Below, one piece after another: positions 40,517-50,296 of a stretch of 64,000 bases of DNA. The translations under genes were made by a program, and so were the position numbers. Under the pieces are notes generated by a model that saw only the letters and a program-made list of their open reading frames with translations, was not told the DNA's origin and did not search any database. Within the stretch, counting starts at the first letter, position 1; the number at the start of each line of letters is the position of its first letter. Source of the stretch: an uncultured Candidatus Poseidoniales archaeon. Lineage in GTDB: Archaea; Thermoplasmatota; Poseidoniia; Poseidoniales; CAYMED01. The stretch covers positions 1 to 64,000 of the forward strand of contig CAYMED010000004.1 of assembly GCA_964389655.1 (NCBI GenBank). The letters run 5' to 3'.

Positions 40517-42754
40517 ATGATTGAGATCATCGCAATCGGATTGCTCGCTTTTGGGATATCTTTGATCCTTTTATTTCAGATTCAAGCACGTCGGCAAATG
40601 GTTGAATTATTGAATTCCCACCAAATCAGTCAAAGTGCAGCGATTGATGATATTGAAGTCCGGATGACGGATATTTCTCAAACGACTCATGATTTAGCCA
40701 AAATGGACCCTCACGCGTCAATAATTTTAGCAGCACGCTCTTTACAAAGGGGCGAACTCCCCCCTTCTCGTACACAAGAGACTCTTGCTTCTTTGTCGAT
40801 TGACTTTCCATTGCCACCAGATTCATTTTCAGATTCTGAAGTATCTGCGGCAACCCTTTCAATTTCCTCATCATTATTAATGAGCAAAACAATCGAGAAA
40901 GAATTGTTGAAACTCCCGCCTAAATCTCGCTTGGCATGGGCAAACTTTGCATCCGAAGAGCGCCATCTCGACTTGGCTGGATTTTTAGTAGACAGTGTTC
41001 TAATTGAAATCCCTGGCGACTTGTCTGCACTTCATTTAACCGCATCACTTGCCGCTTCTGCAGGGGACTTGTATGGTGAAGCAAAAGCCCTTGACCGCAT
41101 TTTATCCCAAACACCCGACGATGCCCTTCTCCTTCGCCGACGAGCACGCTTACGAATTGTTGATGAAGATACGGATTCTATTACCGAAGATGTACGCCTT
41201 CGTGCCTTAGGAGCAGATAGTGTAGAAGACCGAATGCTCCTAGCGGAGATCGAACAATTGCGGGGAGAATCCGAATTAGCAGAATCCGATTTGTTGTTGG
41301 CGGCAGAAATTGACCCCGGGCGATGTGATACGTGGATCAATTTAGCCACAATTCATGCTGAAAGAGGGCGGCCAGAAAGTGCACTGGAAGCTCTTGATCG
41401 CGCCTTAGCCTTAGACCGACGTAGTGGTCCTGCTTGGGCACTTCGTGCCCGTATGCTAAAAGAATGCAATATCGATCTTGAATCAGCGATCAAAGCCTGT
41501 GTCCACGCCCAAGCTTTAGGAGAACAGCCAATTTCTATGCTTTTATTGAGATTAGAACTTCTTGATCTTTGTGGGCGAAGTGATGATGCTCATGTTTTAC
41601 TGAGTGAATCAATTATGGAACAACCAAATGAGGGTTCATTACGGGCATCTCTGATTCGTCGGATGCGAATTGCAGGTGATTATTCATCAGCATGGAAAGA
41701 GATTGAAAACGCACCCCAAACTACACTCTCAACAGTTTCGATGTGCTTAGAAATTGGGCATTTGGCATTAATCGATGCAGATCTCCGAAGAGATGGGGGT
41801 GGCCGACCCCTTTCATCTGTTCTTTCCTCTGCAAAACAGGCATATGAGGGGGCGATTGAAATCGATCGTGAATGCGCACCCGCTTGGGCTGGATTGGCCA
41901 GCGTATATCGCCAACAAGGAGAGTTAGAGGCTTCAACAAAAGCATTGGAGCGGGCGCATAGATTAGACACAGAATCCATCACAATTCATACTGAAGCAAT
42001 TCTTCAAGCAATTTCAATTTCAGATATGGCAGAGGCCGAAGAATTGTGCGTACGCCTTGAGTCTCTAGAAAAAGAAGATCCTGGAAAACATGCCTGGCTG
42101 AGGGGGATGATTGAAATGAAAAGGGGGCGTTTAGACTTGGCTCGAACGCACTTTAGTAGGACTTTGGCTATTGAACCCGATCATATTCGCTCGCGCATTA
42201 ATCGTGCCCGCGCTCATTTTGCTTTAGACGATCTTGATTCTTCTTTAGATGATTATAGGCATCTTCTTGATTTATCAGATGCACTTGTGGTATGTCATGT
42301 TGGGCTGATCGATGTATTGATGTCTCTTGGGCAATGGGGTGAAGCACTTTCACGAGTAGAGAGTTTAGTTGAGGAAAACCCCCTCGACGGTTCACTCCTT
42401 CGCCGGCGCGGAGAATGCCTTGTTTCCATTGGTAGGCCAGAACAAGCACTTGGTCCCCTTAACGATGCGATTTCGTTAGAGCCAGATGTGGCAGAACATT
42501 GGCATCAACGCGCCCTAATGTATCTTGACTTGGATGAAGCAGATGCAGCCCTTGCAGATTTTGAAACCGCATTAAAAAGCGAACCCCGCCATCTAGATGC
42601 CCTGATTCATCGTGCAGCTTTGCACCATGATGCCGAGCGTTGGGATGAAGCCAGAGATGGATGGCGAGCAGTTCTGGACGCCGATCCAGACCATAGTCCC
42701 GCCAGACAGCGCCTTGAAGAAGTTGAAACGACCATTTCCATCATGCGCGATTGA
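40517..42754 (+). CDS. Membrane-anchored tetratricopeptide repeat protein
   Basis: N-terminal TM; many TPR units such as 'W..LA......G....AL....RAL..D'. Confidence 0.85.
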   Translation: MIEIIAIGLLAFGISLILLFQIQARRQMVELLNSHQISQSAAIDDIEVRMTDISQTTHDLAKMDPHASIILAARSLQRGELPPSRTQETLASLSIDFPLPPDSFSDSEVSAATLSISSSLLMSKTIEKELLKLPPKSRLAWANFASEERHLDLAGFLVDSVLIEIPGDLSALHLTASLAASAGDLYGEAKALDRILSQTPDDALLLRRRARLRIVDEDTDSITEDVRLRALGADSVEDRMLLAEIEQLRGESELAESDLLLAAEIDPGRCDTWINLATIHAERGRPESALEALDRALALDRRSGPAWALRARMLKECNIDLESAIKACVHAQALGEQPISMLLLRLELLDLCGRSDDAHVLLSESIMEQPNEGSLRASLIRRMRIAGDYSSAWKEIENAPQTTLSTVSMCLEIGHLALIDADLRRDGGGRPLSSVLSSAKQAYEGAIEIDRECAPAWAGLASVYRQQGELEASTKALERAHRLDTESITIHTEAILQAISISDMAEAEELCVRLESLEKEDPGKHAWLRGMIEMKRGRLDLARTHFSRTLAIEPDHIRSRINRARAHFALDDLDSSLDDYRHLLDLSDALVVCHVGLIDVLMSLGQWGEALSRVESLVEENPLDGSLLRRRGECLVSIGRPEQALGPLNDAISLEPDVAEHWHQRALMYLDLDEADAALADFETALKSEPRHLDALIHRAALHHDAERWDEARDGWRAVLDADPDHSPARQRLEEVETTISIMRD

Positions 42755-43344
42755 ACCGAAAATATGACCACGTATCCCCCTTAGCCCCTCCCATGTCGAG
42801 TGTGCTAGGTCTTGAGCCGGGTGATTCTGCCATACCATTTGATCTACCAAACGCAAACCCATCGATTGGTGGCACTAATGTCCGGTGGGAAAATATAATC
42901 ACAGATTTAGGGGCTGCTGTCTTATTCACCTGTAACCACTGTCCGTATGTGATAGGGTCTATTTCTAGAATACGTGATCTTTCAGCTAGAATGATTACTC
43001 TAGGATTTGGTTTCGTATCTATAAATTCTAATGATTCTACTCGATATCCCGAAGATGGCTGGGATCATATGGTGAAAGCATCAGGAGGTATGGATCATCC
43101 CTATCTCCATGACGAAAGTCAGGCAGTTGCTTCTGCGTGGGGGGCAGAGCGAACTCCCGAAATTTACCTCATAGATTGTGACGGGATAATTCGTTATCGA
43201 GGAAGGATTGATGATAGCCCTCAAAACCCCTCCAATATTTCCTCACATGATTTTGATAATGCATTTAGACAATTACTCAACGACGAGACTATTGATACTC
43301 CAAGAACTGATTCCATTGGGTGCTCAGTGAAATGGAAGGCTTGA
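42751..43344 (+). CDS. Thioredoxin-family (AhpC/TSA-like) redoxin
   Basis: 'FTCNHCPYV', 'INSND...YPED', 'YLHDESQAVA...GAERTPE', 'YRGRIDD', 'IGCSVKW'. Confidence 0.9.
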   Translation: MNRKYDHVSPLAPPMSSVLGLEPGDSAIPFDLPNANPSIGGTNVRWENIITDLGAAVLFTCNHCPYVIGSISRIRDLSARMITLGFGFVSINSNDSTRYPEDGWDHMVKASGGMDHPYLHDESQAVASAWGAERTPEIYLIDCDGIIRYRGRIDDSPQNPSNISSHDFDNAFRQLLNDETIDTPRTDSIGCSVKWKA

Positions 43345-43346
43345 TT

Positions 43347-43946
43347 GTGCATACAGATATTCGGTCTCTTTTTATCACAATACTTGGAAGTGTTTTTCTT
43401 CTCGTATTAGTGATGGGTCTCAAAGGGTATTCTGGCAAAGGTATTGAAGAAGTCCCAATCCCACCCTGTGAAACAACAGGAGGTTCTTTTCCCTTTCAAT
43501 CATCTGAGACCACATGTTTAGCGGGCATGTCCAAAGATGCATTTCACCCCCCTTCTTACGGCGCATGGATTTCAATTGAAGTGAATATTGAATGGTCTAA
43601 ATCAGGAGCGTGGGTTGGAATTACAGAAAATATTGAATCAACAAAGTGTGAAGATCGGGGAAAGTATCTTTCATGCGATAAGAATGATCTTTCTTTTTTA
43701 GCTGGAGGCCCAAGTTCAGAGGATTCCTTTGTCTGGCAGCCATCTGAAAGCCCTATTCGATTTGTTTCTGGCGGTCTTGCCTCAGATTCCCTCCATGTTC
43801 ATCCAATAACGTATTCTTGGTCGGCCCATCTTTCTCCCCTCCCTTCATTTATACTAGCAGTGATTGGTATTGGGCTAATTGGACTTGCTCAAAGGCCAAG
43901 AACGATTACCCATGATCAATCAAATAATGATGTATTAGGTGATTGA
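43347..43946 (+). CDS. Hypothetical membrane protein (two TM segments, Cys-containing ectodomain)
   Basis: N- and C-terminal hydrophobic helices; four Cys; start uncertain. Confidence 0.6.
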   Translation: MHTDIRSLFITILGSVFLLVLVMGLKGYSGKGIEEVPIPPCETTGGSFPFQSSETTCLAGMSKDAFHPPSYGAWISIEVNIEWSKSGAWVGITENIESTKCEDRGKYLSCDKNDLSFLAGGPSSEDSFVWQPSESPIRFVSGGLASDSLHVHPITYSWSAHLSPLPSFILAVIGIGLIGLAQRPRTITHDQSNNDVLGD

Positions 43947-43978
43947 TTTTCCCCCGTGGGTTCAAAGGTAAGCGAGAC

Positions 43979-44431
43979 ATGAGCGGTTTTGTGAGTACAG
44001 TCAGCGCGCCCCCTGTAGAACTCCATCTTCGGGATTTTTTAGATAAATTATGTGATCATTCATTCCCGCCCGACGTGCAAAAGTGGTACAATGTTGATGT
44101 ACGATCAATTTTGGGTGATGTGCTGATTGAATCTCACGACGTTGACCCAGATACTGGTTCATCCCTTCTTTTCTGCCCCAAAAGTGCAATCTATTGTGAT
44201 CCCTCAACTACCGTTGTTCATCATTTTCCTCGTCATTTGATTCACTGTTTTGTAGATGATTTGCGCCATTCACCTGATCCATCAGACCCCAATTCTATTT
44301 TTCGTATTGAAATGTTTTCAGTATCGCCCCGTAATGAGCAATTAAGTTGGCATAGATGTACTGAGCGCGTAGAAGACATCCCCGGCCTTCAGGCACAAGC
44401 ATCTCGTTGGCTTGATTGGCTGAATCGTTAA
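43979..44431 (+). CDS. Hypothetical protein
   Basis: ORF fills the gap in a co-directional gene run; start 43979 or GTG 43991. Confidence 0.55.
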   Translation: MSGFVSTVSAPPVELHLRDFLDKLCDHSFPPDVQKWYNVDVRSILGDVLIESHDVDPDTGSSLLFCPKSAIYCDPSTTVVHHFPRHLIHCFVDDLRHSPDPSDPNSIFRIEMFSVSPRNEQLSWHRCTERVEDIPGLQAQASRWLDWLNR

Positions 44432-44437
44432 TGGAAT

Positions 44438-45325
44438 ATGGTGTTTGATGAAAATTTTTCTAACAATAGGGCAATACAGATGTGTAATTCTATTGTCGCA
44501 GATTACATGGAGAACTGTGGCCCGAGGGGCTCTTCTTTTGGGGAACTTCGAAGAGGCCCTTTAGATTTGGAATATCAATGGGTTCCATCATCTATTGTGG
44601 AAGTCGGTGAAAACCGGGGTTCTTTCATTTTTACAACGGAGCGCCCCCGCCATGAGGTGCGAGTCTCAGGCTTTTGGGTGAGCAAATATGAAAGTGACAC
44701 TGACTTGGACATTAATTTAACAGATTTCGAGGAAAAATTGCACCAAAACCCCCCAAAAGCCGGGGGTATAATTCGTCTACCAACTGAAGCAGAATGGATC
44801 TCAATTATACACCATACTGAATATCGACCTATTCCGGGGGCTTGGACAAGTGACGAATACTTTGTTCCTCGATGGGGCGCACCAATTGACGGCCGTCCCA
44901 TAACTTCTTCCCGCCTAGGGAGCCCTCATATTTCGATTCAAAATCCTCCTCCATTGATCGTATTGTGGAATGGGAAAAGGGTCAAGAGGGCCCCCCTAAT
45001 AATAAGAAAGAGCAATGCGAACTTCCCCAAATTTATAGTGTGGATACCAGATCCCTCATTAGATCAATCCCCCCCATTTGAAACCTTACCAATCCGCCCA
45101 TCGTCAACGGGGCGCCGAGTCAAAGAGGAATTGCTTGTCTTTCTTTTCATAGGAGCCCTTCCTTCTATGACTATAGCTCTCTATAATTCACCTGAATATG
45201 CATTGAGCCAACCCTTGAACATTCTTCTCGGAGGTTTATTTGTATCTATTTTCTCTGGCTTTATTTGGCGCCCACGGCACCCGATAATTCGACAAACTAT
45301 TTCTTTTCAAGATGAATCTGAGTGA
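44438..45325 (+). CDS. Degenerate FGE-sulfatase (SUMF1-like) domain protein with two C-terminal TM helices
   Basis: 'ERPRHEVRVSGFWVSKYE' and 'RLPTEAEW' hallmark motifs. Confidence 0.65.
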   Translation: MVFDENFSNNRAIQMCNSIVADYMENCGPRGSSFGELRRGPLDLEYQWVPSSIVEVGENRGSFIFTTERPRHEVRVSGFWVSKYESDTDLDINLTDFEEKLHQNPPKAGGIIRLPTEAEWISIIHHTEYRPIPGAWTSDEYFVPRWGAPIDGRPITSSRLGSPHISIQNPPPLIVLWNGKRVKRAPLIIRKSNANFPKFIVWIPDPSLDQSPPFETLPIRPSSTGRRVKEELLVFLFIGALPSMTIALYNSPEYALSQPLNILLGGLFVSIFSGFIWRPRHPIIRQTISFQDESE

Positions 45326-46083
45326 ACTCTTTTCACACAAGATTATCAATCAAAGTTGAGCCCATTATTTTGATGGCAAGTCCCCTTCCAGTTCTATTCG
45401 CTTATGCTTCTTGCCCATACTGTTGGAAAGTCCGTAGTTTGCTGAGTCATATTGGGTTGGAGTATGAACTTAGACTCGTAAACCGAATGAAAAGAAAAAA
45501 AGAATTACCAGAAGCTGATGGATGGGAGAAAGTCCCAATTTGGCAGGAAGTTGGTGGCGAGATTGTTGTTGATTCCACCCCAATTATGCGCTATATCGAT
45601 TCCAAACACAATAATGGGTCTTTATTTTCCCTTGAGAAATCTACAAATAAAGTGGACAAATGGATGACGTGGGTTGATGATGAATTGTCAAAAGCTACAG
45701 TTCCCCTGATCTATGGGTCACTTGGTAGGGCAATCAGGACTACACGACAAATACTGAAAGTCGAACGTTTTGGGTTTTTCCATCGATGGATGATCGCTTT
45801 TGGGGGTTTTTTCGTCATGTGGTTCATTTTAGGACGTCGTCGAACAAAGAAATTACCAACAAAGCCCGAAATTTATTGGACTTCATTAATTGATGATTGG
45901 TGCCAAGAAATTGGCACCAATCAATTTTTCAACGGTGAAAACATCAGTGGTGTAGATCTTGCTGTATTCGGTATTTTTCACTCAATTACTGATCTCCCAG
46001 GTTCGCATATACTACCATCTCATAAATCAGGTTCAGCATGGTTTGAACAAGTTCGTCTGGGAATGAAATCATCTTTCCCCTGA
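45322..46083 (+). CDS. Glutathione S-transferase family protein, prostaglandin E synthase 2-like
   Basis: 'YASCPYCWKVRSLL', 'KVPIW', 'VDSTPI', 'DLAVFG'; start may be ATG 45373. Confidence 0.8.
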   Translation: MNSFHTRLSIKVEPIILMASPLPVLFAYASCPYCWKVRSLLSHIGLEYELRLVNRMKRKKELPEADGWEKVPIWQEVGGEIVVDSTPIMRYIDSKHNNGSLFSLEKSTNKVDKWMTWVDDELSKATVPLIYGSLGRAIRTTRQILKVERFGFFHRWMIAFGGFFVMWFILGRRRTKKLPTKPEIYWTSLIDDWCQEIGTNQFFNGENISGVDLAVFGIFHSITDLPGSHILPSHKSGSAWFEQVRLGMKSSFP

Positions 46084-46122
46084 TTCTCATATTTTTATAC
46101 CCAAGCATAAGTCATCTGATTC

Positions 46123-47259
46123 ATGAATGCGGAAAATGAGACTTGGATAAGGTCCATACCAAGCTGGGACAATCCCCTTTTTGGTACACAAACAGGAATT
46201 CTTGTATCCCTCTTTTCCATTTTCGTGATTGGTCTCATTATTCGCTCAATTGTGATTTTTTTACTTCCTCATCTTTTTTCTCCAATCGCAAAACGTTCGG
46301 AGAGTGTTGATGATTTTGAACTTCGTTCCCGTATTTCGTTTGGTGCTTCAGCAGCAGGTTTGGTTTGGTGGCGCTTCAATGAATTATTGCGCAAAATAGC
46401 AGAATCAGATGACATGATCCATTATCCCGAAATCCTCGCATTTTGGGTTTCATCACTTGCTCAAGCCGTCTTTCTAATTGGATTAATCATTGGTTTAATG
46501 AGGCTGGTCGATCTTGTTCAACATGCCGTAAAATATTGGGATAAGGATGGAACCCTTGATGGAACAGAAAGAACCCTGATTACGGCAGTGGAAAGTGCTC
46601 TCAGATTTACAATTTTGATAGGAGGGGTCGTGCTTCTTGCCGAAGCATTTGGTTTTGATCTCAAGACCCTTTTAGCAGGACTTGGGGTTGGTGGATTAGC
46701 AATTGCATTTGCAGCGAAAGACACGGTTGGAAATTTATTTGGTTCAGTTACTCTACTCCTTGACCGACCTTTCAGAATTGGTGATTGGATTCGTGTCGGA
46801 TCTGCCGAAGGAGAAGTTATTGAAATTGGAATCAGAACAACTCAACTTCGAACAAGTCAAGATACAATCATAACTTTACCAAATGGAAGTTTAGTTAACA
46901 AAGATATCGAGAACTTTGGAAAACGCCGATGGCGGAGATATCTTCCTACATTTTACCTTGACCTCTCAAGTCCTGCTTCAAAATTAGATAAATTTTGTAG
47001 AGGAATTGAGGATCTCATCCATTCTCACCCCCAAACGCAGAAAAAAGAAGATTCTTACGCACATATTTCTGTAATTTCCAAAGATTCATTTGAAGTAGGG
47101 TGTAATTTGTATTGGGATGTCGAAGGTGGTTTAGAGGAAAAAGAAGCAAGAGAGAAATTCCTTCTCGATGTCACACGCCTCGCAGAAAAATGCAATTTGG
47201 ACTTCTTTGAACCACGCCGCCGCACCACCAATCTTGGCCCATCAAATGAATCTGAATAA
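46123..47259 (+). CDS. mscS: Small-conductance mechanosensitive channel
   Basis: 'LLAGLGVGGLAIAFAAKDTVGNLFG', 'DRPFRIGDWI', 'GIRTT', 'PNG'. Confidence 0.92.
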   Translation: MNAENETWIRSIPSWDNPLFGTQTGILVSLFSIFVIGLIIRSIVIFLLPHLFSPIAKRSESVDDFELRSRISFGASAAGLVWWRFNELLRKIAESDDMIHYPEILAFWVSSLAQAVFLIGLIIGLMRLVDLVQHAVKYWDKDGTLDGTERTLITAVESALRFTILIGGVVLLAEAFGFDLKTLLAGLGVGGLAIAFAAKDTVGNLFGSVTLLLDRPFRIGDWIRVGSAEGEVIEIGIRTTQLRTSQDTIITLPNGSLVNKDIENFGKRRWRRYLPTFYLDLSSPASKLDKFCRGIEDLIHSHPQTQKKEDSYAHISVISKDSFEVGCNLYWDVEGGLEEKEAREKFLLDVTRLAEKCNLDFFEPRRRTTNLGPSNESE

Positions 47260-47264
47260 GGTCA

Positions 47265-48359
47265 TCATCTCATCCTGTGAATGGTGCCATGAGCGTATTC
47301 ACCCCAATACAAGTCGCCGTTTTGATGAAATGCAAGTCCCAAAGGCGTGGCTAAGTTTTCAACAACGACGGATACCTCTCCCCTCCACCCCATTGTCGCA
47401 TTTTCATCACGAATAAAGTCAACCCGAACAATTTCTTTTCCAACTGGAATGACTGAATTCCATGACCCATAATTTGTTACATACACTGTTTTATCCCCAC
47501 CGGGGAGTGACGAATTAGGTGGTCGAAAATCAATACTATTTGCTGAGGCATGTGGCTGAATAACTGCAATTGGTCCTAATGTTCCATCAGGAATTGGCAC
47601 ATCAGGTGAGGTATTTGGCCACCCATAATTTCCACCTGGTGAAAGGAGGTTGATTTCTTCATAAGGGAAATCCCCCCCCCAATCTTTCCCATTATCAGTG
47701 AATACATATCCAATATTTGGTACCCAGCAACCATCAAATGAATTTCTGACCCCAGATGCTAAAATTGTATGTTCCCCCGTCCACGGATTTACTTCAAGTA
47801 ATGCTCCATTTCTATCATCATTTTCTTCATCAGCGTTTGATGTCGACCCAGAATGCCAAATCAAAGTATCATTCTTGCTTGCAGATATTGCGTTAGTTTG
47901 GTGATTTCCAGCAGGAATTCCTTCGATGAGAAATTGCCTTTCACTTAGGCCCCAATTACTTGGCCCATCTCCGATATTTGATATATCCCACGCTGATAAT
48001 TGTCCGCGTTCAGATATGAATAATCTACTGCTCTCATTTTTGGAGTCTTTCCAGACAAGGACCCCATGAGGGTCATTTAAATTCGTTAGAATAGGAACCG
48101 GTGTTGCGAACTTATCATCTGTAGAATCGTATCTTACGGAAAAGATATTGCCACTTCGATCACAAATAAGGAGATATAAATTGTTGTACCATTCAAGGCA
48201 CGTTGGATTTCCAATTCCCTCAATGACCACTTCAATGATCATTCCATCAACCGCGCTTTGCGGCTCTGGAATTTCTAAATGTGCATGAAACAAACGAAAA
48301 AGAATCAGGCTAGCAAGAATACTGACGGCGAATATGCTGAACATGATTATTTTCTTCAT
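47265..48359 (-). CDS. PQQ-dependent sugar/sorbosone dehydrogenase family beta-propeller
   Basis: N-terminal TM; 'GNHQT', 'GSTSN', 'ASGVRNSF', 'TDNG', 'EEIN..GGNYGWP'. Confidence 0.8.
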   Translation of the reverse strand: MKKIIMFSIFAVSILASLILFRLFHAHLEIPEPQSAVDGMIIEVVIEGIGNPTCLEWYNNLYLLICDRSGNIFSVRYDSTDDKFATPVPILTNLNDPHGVLVWKDSKNESSRLFISERGQLSAWDISNIGDGPSNWGLSERQFLIEGIPAGNHQTNAISASKNDTLIWHSGSTSNADEENDDRNGALLEVNPWTGEHTILASGVRNSFDGCWVPNIGYVFTDNGKDWGGDFPYEEINLLSPGGNYGWPNTSPDVPIPDGTLGPIAVIQPHASANSIDFRPPNSSLPGGDKTVYVTNYGSWNSVIPVGKEIVRVDFIRDENATMGWRGEVSVVVENLATPLGLAFHQNGDLYWGEYAHGTIHRMR

Positions 48360-48367
48360 TCAACCCC

Positions 48368-48991
48368 TCAAGATTTTCTCCGAATTCTTGCTGCAATCGT
48401 AATCCGAAGAAAGATCATGATTGCAGTAAGAATTACCACTATCCCAGCAGCCAGTCCAGCATATCCATCCCCCATTCCCTCACTTGTGGCGTTTATTCCC
48501 CTTACATTGAATGTGGTGATGTTCCATTTATCTCCTGAAACTTCCCCATCTCCATTTACGGAATTGACCGAAATCCGAACCTCTATCTCGATTGTATCAT
48601 CTTCCGGCCCTTTCCAAGTCAGGTTCCATTCTCTTCTTTCATTTCCTTGTAAAGTATGGGTTGCTTCTAATCCATCGTCTGTGATATGAATGTGATTTTC
48701 TACACTGTAAAGGTGACCTGTATTAACCCTGATGTTGAATCCCCCTGAAACTCCTTCCCCGGTATCAGGGCCGCCCCGAATGGATATTGTAATGTTGTAG
48801 TCTTCATTAGATCTGAATTGATCCGGCCAACCAGTTGTTTCTATCACCACTTGATTAGATTTTGAACCATGGCACATACATCCATTTTGGACTTCCATTC
48901 CACTTATTCCTTCAGGGCGTGCACTTAGAATTGGTGAAATAGTCAAAAGGCCAAAAACCAAGACAACATAGATCTTAGATGAATAGATCAT
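48368..48991 (-). CDS. Secreted reeler-like domain protein with a C-terminal TM anchor
   Basis: Signal peptide; 'GCMCHG', 'GGFN', 'ATH', 'WNLTWKGP', 'NSVNGDG..SGDKW'. Confidence 0.65.
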   Translation of the reverse strand: MIYSSKIYVVLVFGLLTISPILSARPEGISGMEVQNGCMCHGSKSNQVVIETTGWPDQFRSNEDYNITISIRGGPDTGEGVSGGFNIRVNTGHLYSVENHIHITDDGLEATHTLQGNERREWNLTWKGPEDDTIEIEVRISVNSVNGDGEVSGDKWNITTFNVRGINATSEGMGDGYAGLAAGIVVILTAIMIFLRITIAARIRRKS

Positions 48992-48999
48992 GTTATCCC

Positions 49000-50253
49000 T
49001 CAGAAATGCGGGTCAAATCCTTCCACTTCTTCAGCAATTCGCAATAGTTGATTGTATTTGGCAGTCCTGTCGGACCTTGCAGGGGCTCCCGTTTTAATTT
49101 GTCCACATCCACAACCAACTGCTAAATCGGCAATTGAAACATCTTCTGTCTCTCCAGACCTATGGGACATAATGGTTGAAAATCCGGCATTTTTTGCTAA
49201 ACGAACCGTTTCTAATGTTTCAGTAACTGTTCCGATTTGATTTGGCTTTACTAAGATTGCATTTGCAGCCTTTTCCTCAATCCCTCTTGCCAACCTTTCG
49301 ATGTTTGTTACGAAGAGGTCGTCTCCCACAATTTGGATTCGATTGCCAGCCCGTTTTGTGAATTCCACCCATGCGCTCCAATCATCTTCTGCAAATCCAT
49401 CTTCTATTGAGACAATCGGGTATTCTTCAATCCAATTCACATAAATATCCGCTAATGCGTCAGAACCAATTTTATCTCCATCGAATGAATATGTTTTCCC
49501 GTCATAGAATTCTGAAGCAGCAACATCAAGGGCAATTGAGAGATCCGAGCCGGGGACATATCCTGCTTGTTGTATTGCGCGAACTAACATTTCAAGCCCT
49601 TTTTCATTTGTTGAAAGGTCTGGTGCAAACCCCCCTTCATCCCCAACTCCCGTCAATAGTCCTTCTTCATTTAGCACTGACCGCAATGCATGATAGGTAT
49701 CAGTTCCTGCCCTTAGAGCAGTTCCAAAATCGTCAAATCCATGGGGTATAACCATGAATTCTTGAATATCCACTCTGGTCGCTGCATGTGCGCCCCCATT
49801 GAGAATATTCATCAGTGGGACTGGAAGACTAGCTGAAGCCAAACCCCCCACATATCGCCATAATGGGATTGCAGTGGTATTTGCCCCACCATGCAAACAA
49901 GCAAGACTTACAGCGAGAATTGCATTTGCCCCTAATTCTGATTTATTTTGGGATCCATCAAGGCTGAGAATAGTTTCATCCAGTAATTCTTGTTCAGTTA
50001 CGGGCATACCAACAATCGCAGGTTGTATGACCTCCAACACATGATCAACGGCTACTTCAACGCCTTTTCCACCCCAATCCTTTCCCCCATCTCTACGTTC
50101 TACTGCCTCGTGCTTTCCAGTCGATGCCCCTGAGGGAACTGCTGCTCTTCCGGCCAAAACTCCATCAACATATACATCGGCTTCTATAGTAGGGATACCT
50201 CTACTATCGAGGATCATCCTCGCCACGAGCCCACTAACCAATCCAGTTGCCAT
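49000..50253 (-). CDS. eno: Enolase
   Basis: 'DSRGIPT', 'VPSGASTG', 'GDEGGFAP', 'VGDDLFVTN', 'SHRSGET', 'KYNQLLRI'; start ATG 50253. Confidence 0.98.
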   Translation of the reverse strand: MATGLVSGLVARMILDSRGIPTIEADVYVDGVLAGRAAVPSGASTGKHEAVERRDGGKDWGGKGVEVAVDHVLEVIQPAIVGMPVTEQELLDETILSLDGSQNKSELGANAILAVSLACLHGGANTTAIPLWRYVGGLASASLPVPLMNILNGGAHAATRVDIQEFMVIPHGFDDFGTALRAGTDTYHALRSVLNEEGLLTGVGDEGGFAPDLSTNEKGLEMLVRAIQQAGYVPGSDLSIALDVAASEFYDGKTYSFDGDKIGSDALADIYVNWIEEYPIVSIEDGFAEDDWSAWVEFTKRAGNRIQIVGDDLFVTNIERLARGIEEKAANAILVKPNQIGTVTETLETVRLAKNAGFSTIMSHRSGETEDVSIADLAVGCGCGQIKTGAPARSDRTAKYNQLLRIAEEVEGFDPHF

Positions 50254-50296
50254 ATGATCCCCTCGCATAGATGGTGCTTCAATACAATGTATAATA

